From: a virus
Lineage: Duplodnaviria > Caudoviricetes
DNA: 64,000 nucleotides
IMG/VR virus record: IMGVR_UViG_2816332268_000002
Location: 32,001 to 96,000 of that record
Reading direction: 5' to 3' (one strand)
The translations under genes were made by a program, and so were the position numbers. Position 1 is the first letter of the stretch. Every line of letters starts with the position of its first letter. Shown here in pieces: positions 27,284-36,189 of this stretch. The notes beneath the pieces were generated by a model that had not been told where the DNA came from, made no database searches, and worked only from the letters and a program-made list of their open reading frames with translations.

Positions 27284-27292
27284 GAGAAGGTA

Positions 27293-27946
27293 ATGACCGA
27301 ACAAGCAACGGCGCCCGCAGTCATGCCGCCGGCCACCTCTGCTGACGGCAAGCGCAATGCGTTCTACACGGACTGTCTGAGCCTGAAGGTGAAGAAGCCG
27401 TATGCGGCGTGTCAGCACATCGCGGATCACGCGAATGACGCGTCGATTCAGGCGATCTACGGCGACTGCCTGACCGAGATTCGCCAGTGCCGCTGCACTG
27501 CGCTCGACATGCGTCAGAAGGAGCAGCTGGAGGGGCGCGCGATCTACTTCATTGAGCGAGTGAAGGGCGAAGCGATCGTCGCGCATCAGCAGCAGGCATG
27601 GGTGTCGCCGCTGTCGACAAAGCGCTCCCGCACGCAGCGAAGCGCTGTGCCGGCGCCCGTATCGAAGCCCGCTGACATCCTGACTCAGCCGGCGATCGGC
27701 ATCGACATTCATGCGGCCGTGCTCAACCGGATGGTGGCGCAACGCTCGCAGCCGATTGCCGAAGCAGTAAACGCAACTAACGGTCAGATTGCGCCGACCC
27801 ATACACCCGCCGCTATCGCGGCGGCCGAAACCCCTGCCGCCACGAACGGGGCGCTTCCCAAGCTCGTTATCCGAGCAGGCGAGTCGCCGTTCGAGGCGAT
27901 CCAGCGCATGAAGCGCGAGCGTCAAAACCAACAGGCCCACGCATGA
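27293..27946 (+). CDS. Cys-rich phage hypothetical protein
   Basis: Five Cys in the N-terminal half, low-complexity C-terminus; AGGAG RBS. Confidence 0.65.
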   Translation: MTEQATAPAVMPPATSADGKRNAFYTDCLSLKVKKPYAACQHIADHANDASIQAIYGDCLTEIRQCRCTALDMRQKEQLEGRAIYFIERVKGEAIVAHQQQAWVSPLSTKRSRTQRSAVPAPVSKPADILTQPAIGIDIHAAVLNRMVAQRSQPIAEAVNATNGQIAPTHTPAAIAAAETPAATNGALPKLVIRAGESPFEAIQRMKRERQNQQAHA

Positions 27947-28223
27947 GCGACCCATCTACAAGCCGATCGAGCAGGTTGCGATCGGCCAGCAATTCATCGA
28001 CCTCGATACGCGCGCTCGCATGCTGCGCATCGGCAACATCATGTCGGGCCACCGGCCGTCGCTCGCTGAAGAATTCCAGCGTCAGGAGCTGCACAGCGTC
28101 GCGCTCGAGCCCGGAAAGCTGCTGGATGGCCGGCCGTTCCCGGCCGGCCAGGTCTTCACGATGCGTCGCAACGAGGCGGTGGAGGTCATCAACATCGAAC
28201 CCGAACATCACACAAAAGGATAA
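27943..28223 (+). pseudogene. small phage gene with an apparent 1-bp deletion near its start (or sequencing error)
   Basis: ATG AGC GAC at 27943 continues in plausible codons only after a -1 shift at CCC 27951 (PIYKPIEQVAIGQQFIDL..). Confidence 0.5.
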
Positions 28224-28238
28224 GTCACGAATGACTCA
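28221..28238 (+). promoter_or_regulatory. phage box TAAGTCA-CGAA-TGACTCA overlapping the ligase start
   Basis: Matches consensus with 1 mismatch. Confidence 0.75.
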
Positions 28239-29631
28239 CATGAACTCCGACCAAGCTTTCGCGGCGATCGAGAACATCGCAGCCACCTCCAGCAAGAACG
28301 ACAAGCAGGCGATGGTGAAGCAGTTCCTCGCGTTCGACACGTTCAAGCGCGTGCTCGTCGCAGCGCTCGACCCGCTGACCACCTACGGCATGACGCAGGT
28401 TCCCGGCCCGATCGAGAACGCGGCGCCCGGTGCGAACACGTTCGAGAACGCGCCGGTCTGGGACTGCCTGGACAAGATGGCGAAGCGCGAGCTCACCGGC
28501 AACGCGGCCCGCGACGAGGTGCAACGCCTCATGACGTTCCTGACGCCCAGCTCGGCCGAACTGTTCAAGCGGATCATTCGCAAGGATCTGCGCGCCGGCT
28601 TCTCCGAGTCGACGGTCAACAAGGCATGGAAGGGGCTGATTCCCGAATTCCCCTACATGCGTTGCGCGCTGCTGAAGGACGCGAAGCTCGATGCGTGGAC
28701 GTGGGGCGAGGGCGTTATCTCGCAGGAGAAGGCAGACGGCATGTTCATGAATGTCGACCACGAGACGGGCGGGGTGGTTCGCATCACCAGTCGCCAGGGC
28801 TCGCCGTTCCCTCTCGAGGCATTCGGTGGTTTCGTTGACCACGTCCGCGCCTTGTTCCCGGCCGGCACGCAGACGCACGGTGAAATGCTGGTGCTCGTCG
28901 ACGGCGCGATCGCCCCGCGCGAAATCAGCAACGGCATCCTGAACCGCATTTCCGCGGGCGGCGAGTTCGAAGCCAACGAAGTGCCCCGGTTCTTCGCATG
29001 GGATCAAATCCCGCTGAGCGTCGTCGCGCCGAAGGGCAAATACGAAGTCGGCTACTGCGAACGCATCAAGGCGCTGCTGCTCGGGCTGGCGGCCGGCGCA
29101 CGCGCGCTGCCGGGAATCGACCCGATGATTCAGCATATTCCGACTCGCATCGTGCATTCGCTCGAGGAGGCGCTCGCCCACTACCGCGAGCTCCTGGCGC
29201 AAGGCAAGGAAGGCACGATCATCAAGAACGGCAACGCGATCTGGAAGGACGGCACGAGCAAGGAGCAGATCAAGCTCAAGCTTGAGGTGGACGTCGACCT
29301 TAAGTGCATCGCGATCGTGGACGGCCGCACCGGCACGAAGAACGAGGGCCGTGCCGGTTCGCTGACCTGCACGTCGTCCTGCGGTCAGCTTCAAGTCGAC
29401 GTGACCGTGAAGAACGAGGCGCTGCGCGACTCGATCGACGCGAACCCGAACGACTTCATCGGCCGCATCTTCGCGGTGCGCGCGAACTCGATCATGAAGC
29501 CGTCCGAGAGCAACGCGTTGCACTCGCTGTTCCTCCCGCGCATGGTCGAGGCGAGCTATCGGATCGACAAGACCGAAGCCGACGACCTGGCCCGCGTCGA
29601 GCATCAGTTCGCATCGGCGGTGGCGGCATGA
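28231..29631 (+). CDS. ATP-dependent DNA ligase (T4-like)
   Basis: QEKADG adenylation motif, EGTIIK, KLK, SLFLPR; AAGGA RBS. Confidence 0.92.
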   Translation: MTHMNSDQAFAAIENIAATSSKNDKQAMVKQFLAFDTFKRVLVAALDPLTTYGMTQVPGPIENAAPGANTFENAPVWDCLDKMAKRELTGNAARDEVQRLMTFLTPSSAELFKRIIRKDLRAGFSESTVNKAWKGLIPEFPYMRCALLKDAKLDAWTWGEGVISQEKADGMFMNVDHETGGVVRITSRQGSPFPLEAFGGFVDHVRALFPAGTQTHGEMLVLVDGAIAPREISNGILNRISAGGEFEANEVPRFFAWDQIPLSVVAPKGKYEVGYCERIKALLLGLAAGARALPGIDPMIQHIPTRIVHSLEEALAHYRELLAQGKEGTIIKNGNAIWKDGTSKEQIKLKLEVDVDLKCIAIVDGRTGTKNEGRAGSLTCTSSCGQLQVDVTVKNEALRDSIDANPNDFIGRIFAVRANSIMKPSESNALHSLFLPRMVEASYRIDKTEADDLARVEHQFASAVAA

Positions 29632-29834
29632 GCGCGCAACTAACCGGAAAGCTGTTGAGCACCGTCGCTGAGCTGAAGGAGGCGATCAAGGACTTGCCGG
29701 ACGACATGCAGGTCGCGACGGTGATGTCGTCCGGCGTCATCATCCCGATCGGGCTTTCGATCGCTCGGCGAGGGAAGAGCAACAAGAACTACACCGTGAC
29801 GCGCGGCGGCGTCGAAATCCTCTGCATCCGGTAA
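29628..29834 (+). CDS. phage hypothetical protein
   Basis: ATGA overlap; TVAELKEAIKDLPDDMQV. Confidence 0.6.
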   Translation: MSAQLTGKLLSTVAELKEAIKDLPDDMQVATVMSSGVIIPIGLSIARRGKSNKNYTVTRGGVEILCIR

Positions 29835-29843
29835 AGGCCCGAC

Positions 29844-30050
29844 ATGAAAACCATCACGCTCAACGAGATCCGCGCGGCGTCGCCGTTCCCGTGGGTCACG
29901 CAGGTCAACTTCAACGGCATGGGTGGCGTTCGCATGCTCGATGCAACCGGCAAGGAAGTCCCGCTGCTGAACATCACGGCGCTGGCTGGAATTCTGACCA
30001 CAACGCTCGCGGCCGCGCCAGCGACCGCCCAAGCGGAGGGCGTCTCATGA
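29844..30050 (+). CDS. phage hypothetical protein
   Basis: Fills the operon, typical codon usage. Confidence 0.6.
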   Translation: MKTITLNEIRAASPFPWVTQVNFNGMGGVRMLDATGKEVPLLNITALAGILTTTLAAAPATAQAEGVS

Positions 30051-30391
30051 GGATGATCGAGCAGTGGCTCGTGCGGCTGGGGTTGATCGACCCGACGGTT
30101 AAAGCCCTCGCCGACCTGATGCGCGACGACCCCGACACGTTCACCGAGCATCACGAGCATGACTGGCGAACCGCGTGGCTGCTGCACCGATCGCGCGTGT
30201 TCTCGGTGATCTGCCATGCCCCGCGCGGGCGCAGTCCGCTTCCGCAATTCCGGGTGGCGAGCAAGAGAGGGTGGGAGTTCGCTGCCCACCTCAGCATCCT
30301 GAATCGCGTGCTCTTGACGCTGTCGTGGCCGAAGCACCTCAGGCCGAAGCGCATCAAGCATGACGAGCAGCACGGGCAGCGATTCGCGTAA
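30047..30391 (+). CDS. phage hypothetical protein
   Basis: GGAGG RBS, ATGA overlap. Confidence 0.55.
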   Translation: MRMIEQWLVRLGLIDPTVKALADLMRDDPDTFTEHHEHDWRTAWLLHRSRVFSVICHAPRGRSPLPQFRVASKRGWEFAAHLSILNRVLLTLSWPKHLRPKRIKHDEQHGQRFA

Positions 30392-30412
30392 CACCGCCTT
30401 ACCTGTCATAAC

Positions 30413-30436
30413 AAAGCCCGCAATTGCGGGCTTTTT
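30413..30436 (+). terminator. rho-independent terminator
   Basis: AAAGCCCGC-AATT-GCGGGCTTTTT. Confidence 0.85.
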
Positions 30437-30500
30437 CATGCAGGCGATCGACACCGGGTAAACCACGCCCGTATCATGTGCGGAATTTTTGGAGAAGCAC

Positions 30501-30896
30501 ATGAACAACAAGCACTTCACTCTCGGCGATCTGCGCGTCATGCTCGCCCCGCTCAGCATCGCGCGCCGCAGCGCTGTTCTTTTCGCGCTCGATACTCACA
30601 CCTCGATCGAAGACTCCGTCCTGCTCGGATGGAAAGAAGCGCTCCGCAGGAACTACAGCGAGTTCGCCAAGGAGATCGTGCGTGCGCAACCGCGTCACCT
30701 GCACTTGGACTACGTGTTTTGGGAATACCTCGACAATGGTGTCGCAGCGCCGTTGTTCGCGCTAGAAGATAGTGTGAAGTCGGTAGCGCTTGGTCGCAAC
30801 TTCGCTGAGTTACAGGCGCTCTACGATCGCATGGTGTGGATCGATACGCGCGCCGAAGCCGACGACTTCAAACGAGTTCTAAGCGAGGTGATGTGA
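30501..30896 (+). CDS. small protein resembling a degenerate tyrosine-recombinase catalytic fragment
   Basis: AVLFALDTHTSIEDSVLLGW and SEFAKEIVRAQPR...YVF resemble Int box I/patch III, without catalytic R/H/Y. Confidence 0.45.
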   Translation: MNNKHFTLGDLRVMLAPLSIARRSAVLFALDTHTSIEDSVLLGWKEALRRNYSEFAKEIVRAQPRHLHLDYVFWEYLDNGVAAPLFALEDSVKSVALGRNFAELQALYDRMVWIDTRAEADDFKRVLSEVM

Positions 30897-31351
30897 GCGA
30901 GAGATTTGTGTTCTGGATCGATTGGGGAGGGTGGTTCCTATCGAATGTAATTGTCGGTGCCTTTGCGCCACTTATCCTTCTCTGGGTCATCAAGTTCGGT
31001 CGCGCCATTGTGCACTCGACAACGTCGACCGACACCTTCGCGCCGTTTCGCGACGGTCAGTTGGGGTTCGTTGCGCTGGGTTGGGCCGCTGGCGCAGAAG
31101 CTGAAATCTTTAAATGGGCTGCGAGCGGACACTTGGCATTCTGGGAGCTTTGGGTCGGTCTGCTGATTCTGATCCCGGCCGGTGTCGGCGCGCTCGTCGC
31201 AGGCCTGGGTTCGATCGCAACATCCCACACGCCACCGCCGGCAGCTTCGGTGTGGGCTTGGATGCGGACCTACCTGGCGTTCACCGCGTCGGTGGTCGCG
31301 TGCGTGGTAGTATTAGTGATGGCTGCCGCAGTGCATTACGCTGCGAACTGA
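30893..31351 (+). CDS. 4-TM membrane protein (moron-like)
   Basis: GTGA overlap, four hydrophobic segments. Confidence 0.65.
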   Translation: MSERFVFWIDWGGWFLSNVIVGAFAPLILLWVIKFGRAIVHSTTSTDTFAPFRDGQLGFVALGWAAGAEAEIFKWAASGHLAFWELWVGLLILIPAGVGALVAGLGSIATSHTPPPAASVWAWMRTYLAFTASVVACVVVLVMAAAVHYAAN

Positions 31352-31360
31352 GGAGGGAGT

Positions 31361-31507
31361 ATGCAATTCCTGCAACAACATCGTCTGGACGATCCGCATA
31401 CGCTTCAGGCAAACCAGGAGCTTCTGCGTAAGGTCGCGAAGTTCGGCAGTGCCGTCTCATTGCTCGCCATGTTCGCGGCTGTGGCAATCATCCTGTTTGC
31501 GCGTTGA
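31361..31507 (+). CDS. 48-aa single-pass membrane protein (below ORF track cutoff)
   Basis: AGGAGG RBS; MQFLQQHRLDDPHTLQANQELLRKVAKFGSAVSLLAMFAAVAIILFAR. Confidence 0.65.
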   Translation: MQFLQQHRLDDPHTLQANQELLRKVAKFGSAVSLLAMFAAVAIILFAR

Positions 31508-31532
31508 TAGTTTAAGCCGCTACGTCGTATCG

Positions 31533-31562
31533 AAAAAAGCCCGCCACTGTGCGGGCTTTTTT
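31533..31562. terminator. bidirectional rho-independent terminator
   Basis: AAAAAAGCCCGC-N6-GCGGGCTTTTTT between convergent genes. Confidence 0.9.
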
Positions 31563-31638
31563 GTTTTCGTTAGGCGATCGACGAAGGCGAGGACACAGCG
31601 CAAAAGAAACCCCGCGCTCGGCGGGGGCTCGGCGGGGC

Positions 31639-32133
31639 TTACGAAGTCGTCTTCTGTGTCGAGCCCGGAGCCTTCTTCGGGACAGGTCCGCGTTTCACTT
31701 CTTTGCTCGCTAGATCAAGGCGCTCCTTGTTGCGTTCCGCGAACGAGCGAAACGCCTTGCCAAGATCATCGATAAGTTCTTGGTCAGCGAAATCAAGGTT
31801 CATCACGCCAAGTTCCGAGCGAGCATACTCAACAAGGGCAAATTCCGAACGTGTGATCGTCGAATTCCTGCCGATGATGTCTTCCAGGATCTCCCAAACT
31901 TCCGGAGTCTTTTCAATCATCACCATGCGGAGCAGGTGGACGGGATCGATGCCCAACGACTTTGCAAGCAGCTTGACCTTGTTGAGCGGAACCTGCGTGC
32001 GGCCCTGCTTGAGCATCGTAATCATGTTCGGGTTTTCGTAACCGATCTCCGCCGCGATCTGTCGCTGCGGTTTGCCCGACAGTCCGATCACGCCAGAAAT
32101 GTAGTCGGCTACTGAAATTTGTTTGGTTGCCAT
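31639..32133 (-). CDS. XRE-family HTH repressor
   Basis: KPQRQIAAEIGYENPNMITMLKQGRTQVPLNKV.LLAKSLGID HTH; GGAGG RBS; divergent orientation. Confidence 0.88.
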   Translation of the reverse strand: MATKQISVADYISGVIGLSGKPQRQIAAEIGYENPNMITMLKQGRTQVPLNKVKLLAKSLGIDPVHLLRMVMIEKTPEVWEILEDIIGRNSTITRSEFALVEYARSELGVMNLDFADQELIDDLGKAFRSFAERNKERLDLASKEVKRGPVPKKAPGSTQKTTS

Positions 32134-32187
32134 TGATGAGCCTCCCCAAAAATTCTTGAATGTTCGGTGATTCTAGCACCGAAGAAA

Positions 32188-32211
32188 TTAGTTACAGATG
32201 ACTTTATTATA
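32188..32211 (-). promoter_or_regulatory. repressor promoter -10 (TATAAT, minus strand) followed by a phage box
   Basis: Minus strand reads TATAAT-AAAGTCA-TCTG-TAACTAA. Confidence 0.65.
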
Positions 32212-32320
32212 GTGGGTCTAGTAGCGCCCAACGAAGGAACTATCGGCAGTCGTTTCGGTGCCCTGGCTTCCCATGTAACTGGAGCGTCACAAAACTTGTC
32301 TGATCCTGACTGTATCGGTC

Positions 32321-32345
32321 TATAATATAAGTAACCGCTTATCAA
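32321..32345 (+). promoter_or_regulatory. rightward -10 TATAAT followed by degenerate box TAAGTAA-CCGC-TTATCAA
   Basis: Mirror arrangement of the leftward promoter. Confidence 0.55.
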
Positions 32346-32388
32346 CATACGGACGATACAAAGAACTCAATCATTCAAGGAACGCTTC

Positions 32389-32616
32389 ATGTTGGAGAAC
32401 CTCACCCTCATCCGTGCACCGTATTCGGCCATGATCGACCTCAAGGTCGACTTGCGTTTGATTGCAAGCATGGACGCGGGTTCCACGCAAACGGAGATCG
32501 GCGAGCACCCGGACTTCGGGCATCTGATCCTGATCGATTCGTCGATTGGCGACTCCACAATCGCGGTGGCCAGCAATGGCGCGGAAAAGCTCAACAAATG
32601 GTTATCCGCAAGATGA
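32389..32616 (+). CDS. small hypothetical protein divergent from the repressor
   Basis: AAGGAA RBS, 75 aa. Confidence 0.6.
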   Translation: MLENLTLIRAPYSAMIDLKVDLRLIASMDAGSTQTEIGEHPDFGHLILIDSSIGDSTIAVASNGAEKLNKWLSAR

Positions 32617-32698
32617 TGTGCTGACTTGCCATAAGTGCGTGCTGATAATTGAAATTCGATGAGTTGATAGCCCAAATTGTGGGTCTGAGGGAAGCCTG

Positions 32699-34873
32699 AT
32701 GCGCGTAAACAACAACGTTCTGATACTGCGGGAAGCGATCACCAAGATCGTTCCGATGTTAACTCAGCGTTCAGTGAAGGTTACACAACAGGGGACGCGT
32801 GCTTACGTGGCATACAGCCGCAAGACGCACGCGATCGAGCGCGTGAACCTTCCCTATATTCCTGACGACGCGGACGATCAGTTGCTCGCTGCGACGCAGG
32901 GCTTTCTCGATCATGAAGTCGGCCACATCCTCTTTACGGACCAGAAGGCGGTCGTGAAGGCAGAGAAGCTGGGGATCCACTGGCTGCACAACTTGGTCGA
33001 GGACACCTACGTTGAGCGCAAGATGGGCGAGCGCTTTCCGGGCTCGGGCGGCCACCTCAGTCGGATGCATAGCTTCTTCTTGCGCGAATACATCGATAGC
33101 CAGCTCCGCGAGGCGCCAGAGCAGGCGAAGAACATCCTGCTGGTCCCCGCGTTCCGCGCCCTGGCAGGGCAGCCGGCGTTCATCGACTACATGGCAGGCA
33201 AGTGGGATCAAGTCGGCGATGTCGTCGACAAGCTCGGCAAGGACTTCGGGAAGCTGTTGAGGGGCATCAACAGCTCGTGGGACAGCCTGAAGGTTGCGGA
33301 GGAGGCGAAGAAGCGCCTGTCGGCCCCGACGCCGAAACCCAAAGCGCCGCCGCCGCCCGCTGCGCCACCCGAGCCGCCGGAGCCCGGCATGTCGGGCGAC
33401 GAAAGCGAACCGGATGAAGCGGCTGCGGGCGATCCCAGCGGCGGTAGCGAGCCGCTGTCAGAAGCAGAGCCGCTGCCAGAAGCAGGGCTGGTGGAAGAGC
33501 AAGACCTGGAGCCGACGGCCGAGTCCGAGAGTGGGTCGAGCGGCGCACCCGAAGGTGAGGATATTCGGGATGAGCCCGCGCCGGAAGGTGATGGCGAACA
33601 GGGCGACACTGACGCAAGCGCAGAGGCGGGAGAGGGCGCCGACTCGGCGGCCGACGAAGACCAGGACGACCCGAGCGACGAGCAGGGCGACGGCATGCTG
33701 GGTGGCGATGCCGCTCAGGGCGATCAGCCGTCCGAAGACGGCGAAGAGCAGGAGCAAACCGAGAATAGCTCTGGCGAGACGGGCGCGTCTGGTGCAGAAG
33801 GCGAAGACGAGGGCGATGCCGGCGAGCAGGGCACGATGCCAGCTGGTGGCGCCCCTGCAGAGAACGAAGAGTCGACGACGTCGCTGTTCGATGAGTTGAA
33901 CGAGTCGCCGGCGCCTGACTTCGACGAGGCAGCTGCAGAGGCGCTGTCGAAGAATGCGCGCACCGCCACGAAGGGTTCGCAGTATTCCCTGTTCTCGCGG
34001 GACTATGACGACGTGTCGCTTCTGGAGGTCGATGAGGGGTTCAACCAGGATCTCGTGACTCGTATGCAGAAGGAAGTCGATCACATGATCGGGCCGCTCC
34101 AGAAGACGCTCGAGCGTGCAGTTGCTGCGCGTTCGGCCGCGGTATGGACTGGCGGTCACAAGACGGGCCGGCTGCATGGACCGTCGCTCGCGCGGATCAG
34201 CGTCGGACGCTCGGACGTGTTTCGACGCAAGCAGACCAATAAGACGAAGGACGTCGCGGTCGAGCTGCTCGTGGACTGCTCCGGGTCGATGTGGTCGCAT
34301 CGCAAGATGGTGATCGCCGCGTATTCGGCATATGCGCTGTCTTCGGTCCTGGATCAGCTGAGCATCCCGAACGAAGTGCTTGCCTTCACGACGAAGGATT
34401 ATCCGCGCGAGGCGCTCGAGCAGTTGGTCCGCGAAGAGCAGGAGGGCGGTTTCGTCTACACGCGCCGCTCAGCCCTGCGTCTCGCAATCGTGAAGGGGTT
34501 CAACGAGCGCATGACGCCCGACATTCGTCGCCGATTCGCGCAGTTGGCGCACTGCGACGACATGATGGCCGAGAACGTCGACGGTGAATCAGTGCAGATC
34601 GCCGCCCGCCGCCTGATGCAGCAGCGCGCAGAGCGGAAGATCCTCAAGGTGCTGTCGGATGGCATGCCGGCGTGCAACGGGATGAGCGCCGCACTGAACG
34701 AGCACCTGAAGGAGGTCGTTCGCAAGGTCGAGGCATCCGGCGTCGACGTCATCGGCTTGGGGATCGTCTCGGATGCGGTGGAGGCGTTCTACCGCTCGCA
34801 CGTCGTGCTGAACGACGTCAAGGATCTGCCGACCACTGTCATGAAGGAGTTGCACCGACTCCTCTTGAAGTGA
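32699..34873 (+). CDS. CobT-like vWA protein (HEXXH N-domain, acidic linker, MIDAS vWA)
   Basis: LDHEVGH, ~200-aa Asp/Glu/Pro linker, LLVDCSGSM, LSDGMP. Confidence 0.85.
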   Translation: MRVNNNVLILREAITKIVPMLTQRSVKVTQQGTRAYVAYSRKTHAIERVNLPYIPDDADDQLLAATQGFLDHEVGHILFTDQKAVVKAEKLGIHWLHNLVEDTYVERKMGERFPGSGGHLSRMHSFFLREYIDSQLREAPEQAKNILLVPAFRALAGQPAFIDYMAGKWDQVGDVVDKLGKDFGKLLRGINSSWDSLKVAEEAKKRLSAPTPKPKAPPPPAAPPEPPEPGMSGDESEPDEAAAGDPSGGSEPLSEAEPLPEAGLVEEQDLEPTAESESGSSGAPEGEDIRDEPAPEGDGEQGDTDASAEAGEGADSAADEDQDDPSDEQGDGMLGGDAAQGDQPSEDGEEQEQTENSSGETGASGAEGEDEGDAGEQGTMPAGGAPAENEESTTSLFDELNESPAPDFDEAAAEALSKNARTATKGSQYSLFSRDYDDVSLLEVDEGFNQDLVTRMQKEVDHMIGPLQKTLERAVAARSAAVWTGGHKTGRLHGPSLARISVGRSDVFRRKQTNKTKDVAVELLVDCSGSMWSHRKMVIAAYSAYALSSVLDQLSIPNEVLAFTTKDYPREALEQLVREEQEGGFVYTRRSALRLAIVKGFNERMTPDIRRRFAQLAHCDDMMAENVDGESVQIAARRLMQQRAERKILKVLSDGMPACNGMSAALNEHLKEVVRKVEASGVDVIGLGIVSDAVEAFYRSHVVLNDVKDLPTTVMKELHRLLLK

Positions 34874-34893
34874 TTTTTTTACGCCCGAAAGGA

Positions 34894-34911
34894 TAAGTAA
34901 AAAGTGACTTT
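34894..34911 (+). promoter_or_regulatory. phage box TAAGTAA-AAAG-TGACTTT overlapping a -35-like TTTACA (TATTAT at 34933)
   Basis: Consensus match upstream of the AAA ATPase. Confidence 0.75.
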
Positions 34912-34989
34912 ACAAAGCCAAGCGGGCACCTCTATTATTCACCAATCGCTTAATTTCTTGAATTTTTCGTGTTGAACACGGGGGAACGA

Positions 34990-36180
34990 ATGAACGAGTC
35001 CAACGGCAAGATCGCGTGCGCCATCTGCGGCGCGATGATCCATTCGGTTGAGCTGCACCTGAAGGACAAGCATGAAGACATGACGCTTCACCAATATCAG
35101 GCTCAGTATCCGAATGCGCCGGTTCTGTCTGAGGTCGCAAAGTCTGCGATCGCAAAGCGCCTGGCAGAGCAGGGCAGCGCCGCGCCGGCGGTCGCTATGG
35201 CCGGCAGCGCAATGCCGGCGAATGTCACCGCGCTCAATCCGAACGGGGAGACGACAGGCGCTCTGCATGAAGTCTTTGGGCTCGGTGACGCGCCGGCCGG
35301 CAAGAATGGACGCGGTCAGCCGATCCCCGTGACGGTCTTTGCCAACCCGTCGAATCCCGAATTTGTGCCCGCTGTCGACAGCGGCTTCATCTTCGACGTG
35401 GACAACCTCAAGAACGCCTTGATGGCGATCGAACTCGGAAAGAACCTGTTTGTCTGGGGCCACGCTGGGACGGGCAAGACGACGCTCGTCGAGCAGATCG
35501 CGGCACGCACCGGGCGTCCCGTCGTTCGCATTCAGCACTCGATCGGCACCGAAGAAGCGCATGTGCTCGGCCAGTGGGTCGTGCGTAACGGTGAAACCGT
35601 CTTCGAGCCCGGCCTGCTGCCGCTCGCGATGCGTCATGGCTGGATCTATCTCGCCGACGAATACGACTTCGGGTTGCCGGCCGTCCTCGCCGTGTATCAG
35701 CCTATTCTCGAATATGGTAAGTCACTAATTATTAAAGATGCGTCGCCGGAGTGGCGCGTCGTGAAGCCACACCCGAACTTCCGATTCGTTGCGACAGGCA
35801 ACACGAACGGCTCCGGTGACGACACGGGCCTGTATCAGGGCACGCAGATTCAGAACGCTGCGAACTTCGACCGGTTTGGCATGGTCATTGAGGCGACCTA
35901 CATGAAGCCTGAGCTCGAGCAATTGATCCTCGTGAACCGGTCGAAGATCAAGTCGGACCAGGCACAAAAACTGGTGCAGTTCGCGAACATGGTGCGCGAT
36001 TCGTATCGGTCGAAGGAAATCAGCAACACGATCTCGCCGCGCTGCCTGATCGATGCGGCCGATATCGGGCTGCGCAAGGGCAGCTGGCGCGCAGGCCTGA
36101 CGCTCGCCTTCATCAACAAACTTTCGCCCGTTGATCGTCAAGTCGTCGACGGCGTCGCATCGCGCATCTTCACCAGCTAA
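34990..36180 (+). CDS. CobS/MoxR-like AAA+ ATPase with N-terminal C2H2-like finger
   Basis: CAIC..H...H; GHAGTGKT; LADEYD; HPNFRFVATGN; AANFDRF. Confidence 0.9.
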   Translation: MNESNGKIACAICGAMIHSVELHLKDKHEDMTLHQYQAQYPNAPVLSEVAKSAIAKRLAEQGSAAPAVAMAGSAMPANVTALNPNGETTGALHEVFGLGDAPAGKNGRGQPIPVTVFANPSNPEFVPAVDSGFIFDVDNLKNALMAIELGKNLFVWGHAGTGKTTLVEQIAARTGRPVVRIQHSIGTEEAHVLGQWVVRNGETVFEPGLLPLAMRHGWIYLADEYDFGLPAVLAVYQPILEYGKSLIIKDASPEWRVVKPHPNFRFVATGNTNGSGDDTGLYQGTQIQNAANFDRFGMVIEATYMKPELEQLILVNRSKIKSDQAQKLVQFANMVRDSYRSKEISNTISPRCLIDAADIGLRKGSWRAGLTLAFINKLSPVDRQVVDGVASRIFTS

Positions 36181-36189
36181 GGACCGGCC

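Noticed and set aside
27943-28230. 96-aa N-terminal extension of DNA ligase
   Set aside because: Non-protein-like composition; RBS and box sit at 28231; better explained by the frameshifted upstream gene
30501-30896. Functional integrase
   Set aside because: Only 131 aa and lacks the catalytic R-H-R-Y residues
32699-36180. Cobalamin biosynthesis (cobT/cobS) auxiliary metabolic genes
   Set aside because: No cobN or other cob genes in the window; a generic MoxR/vWA pair is the safer call
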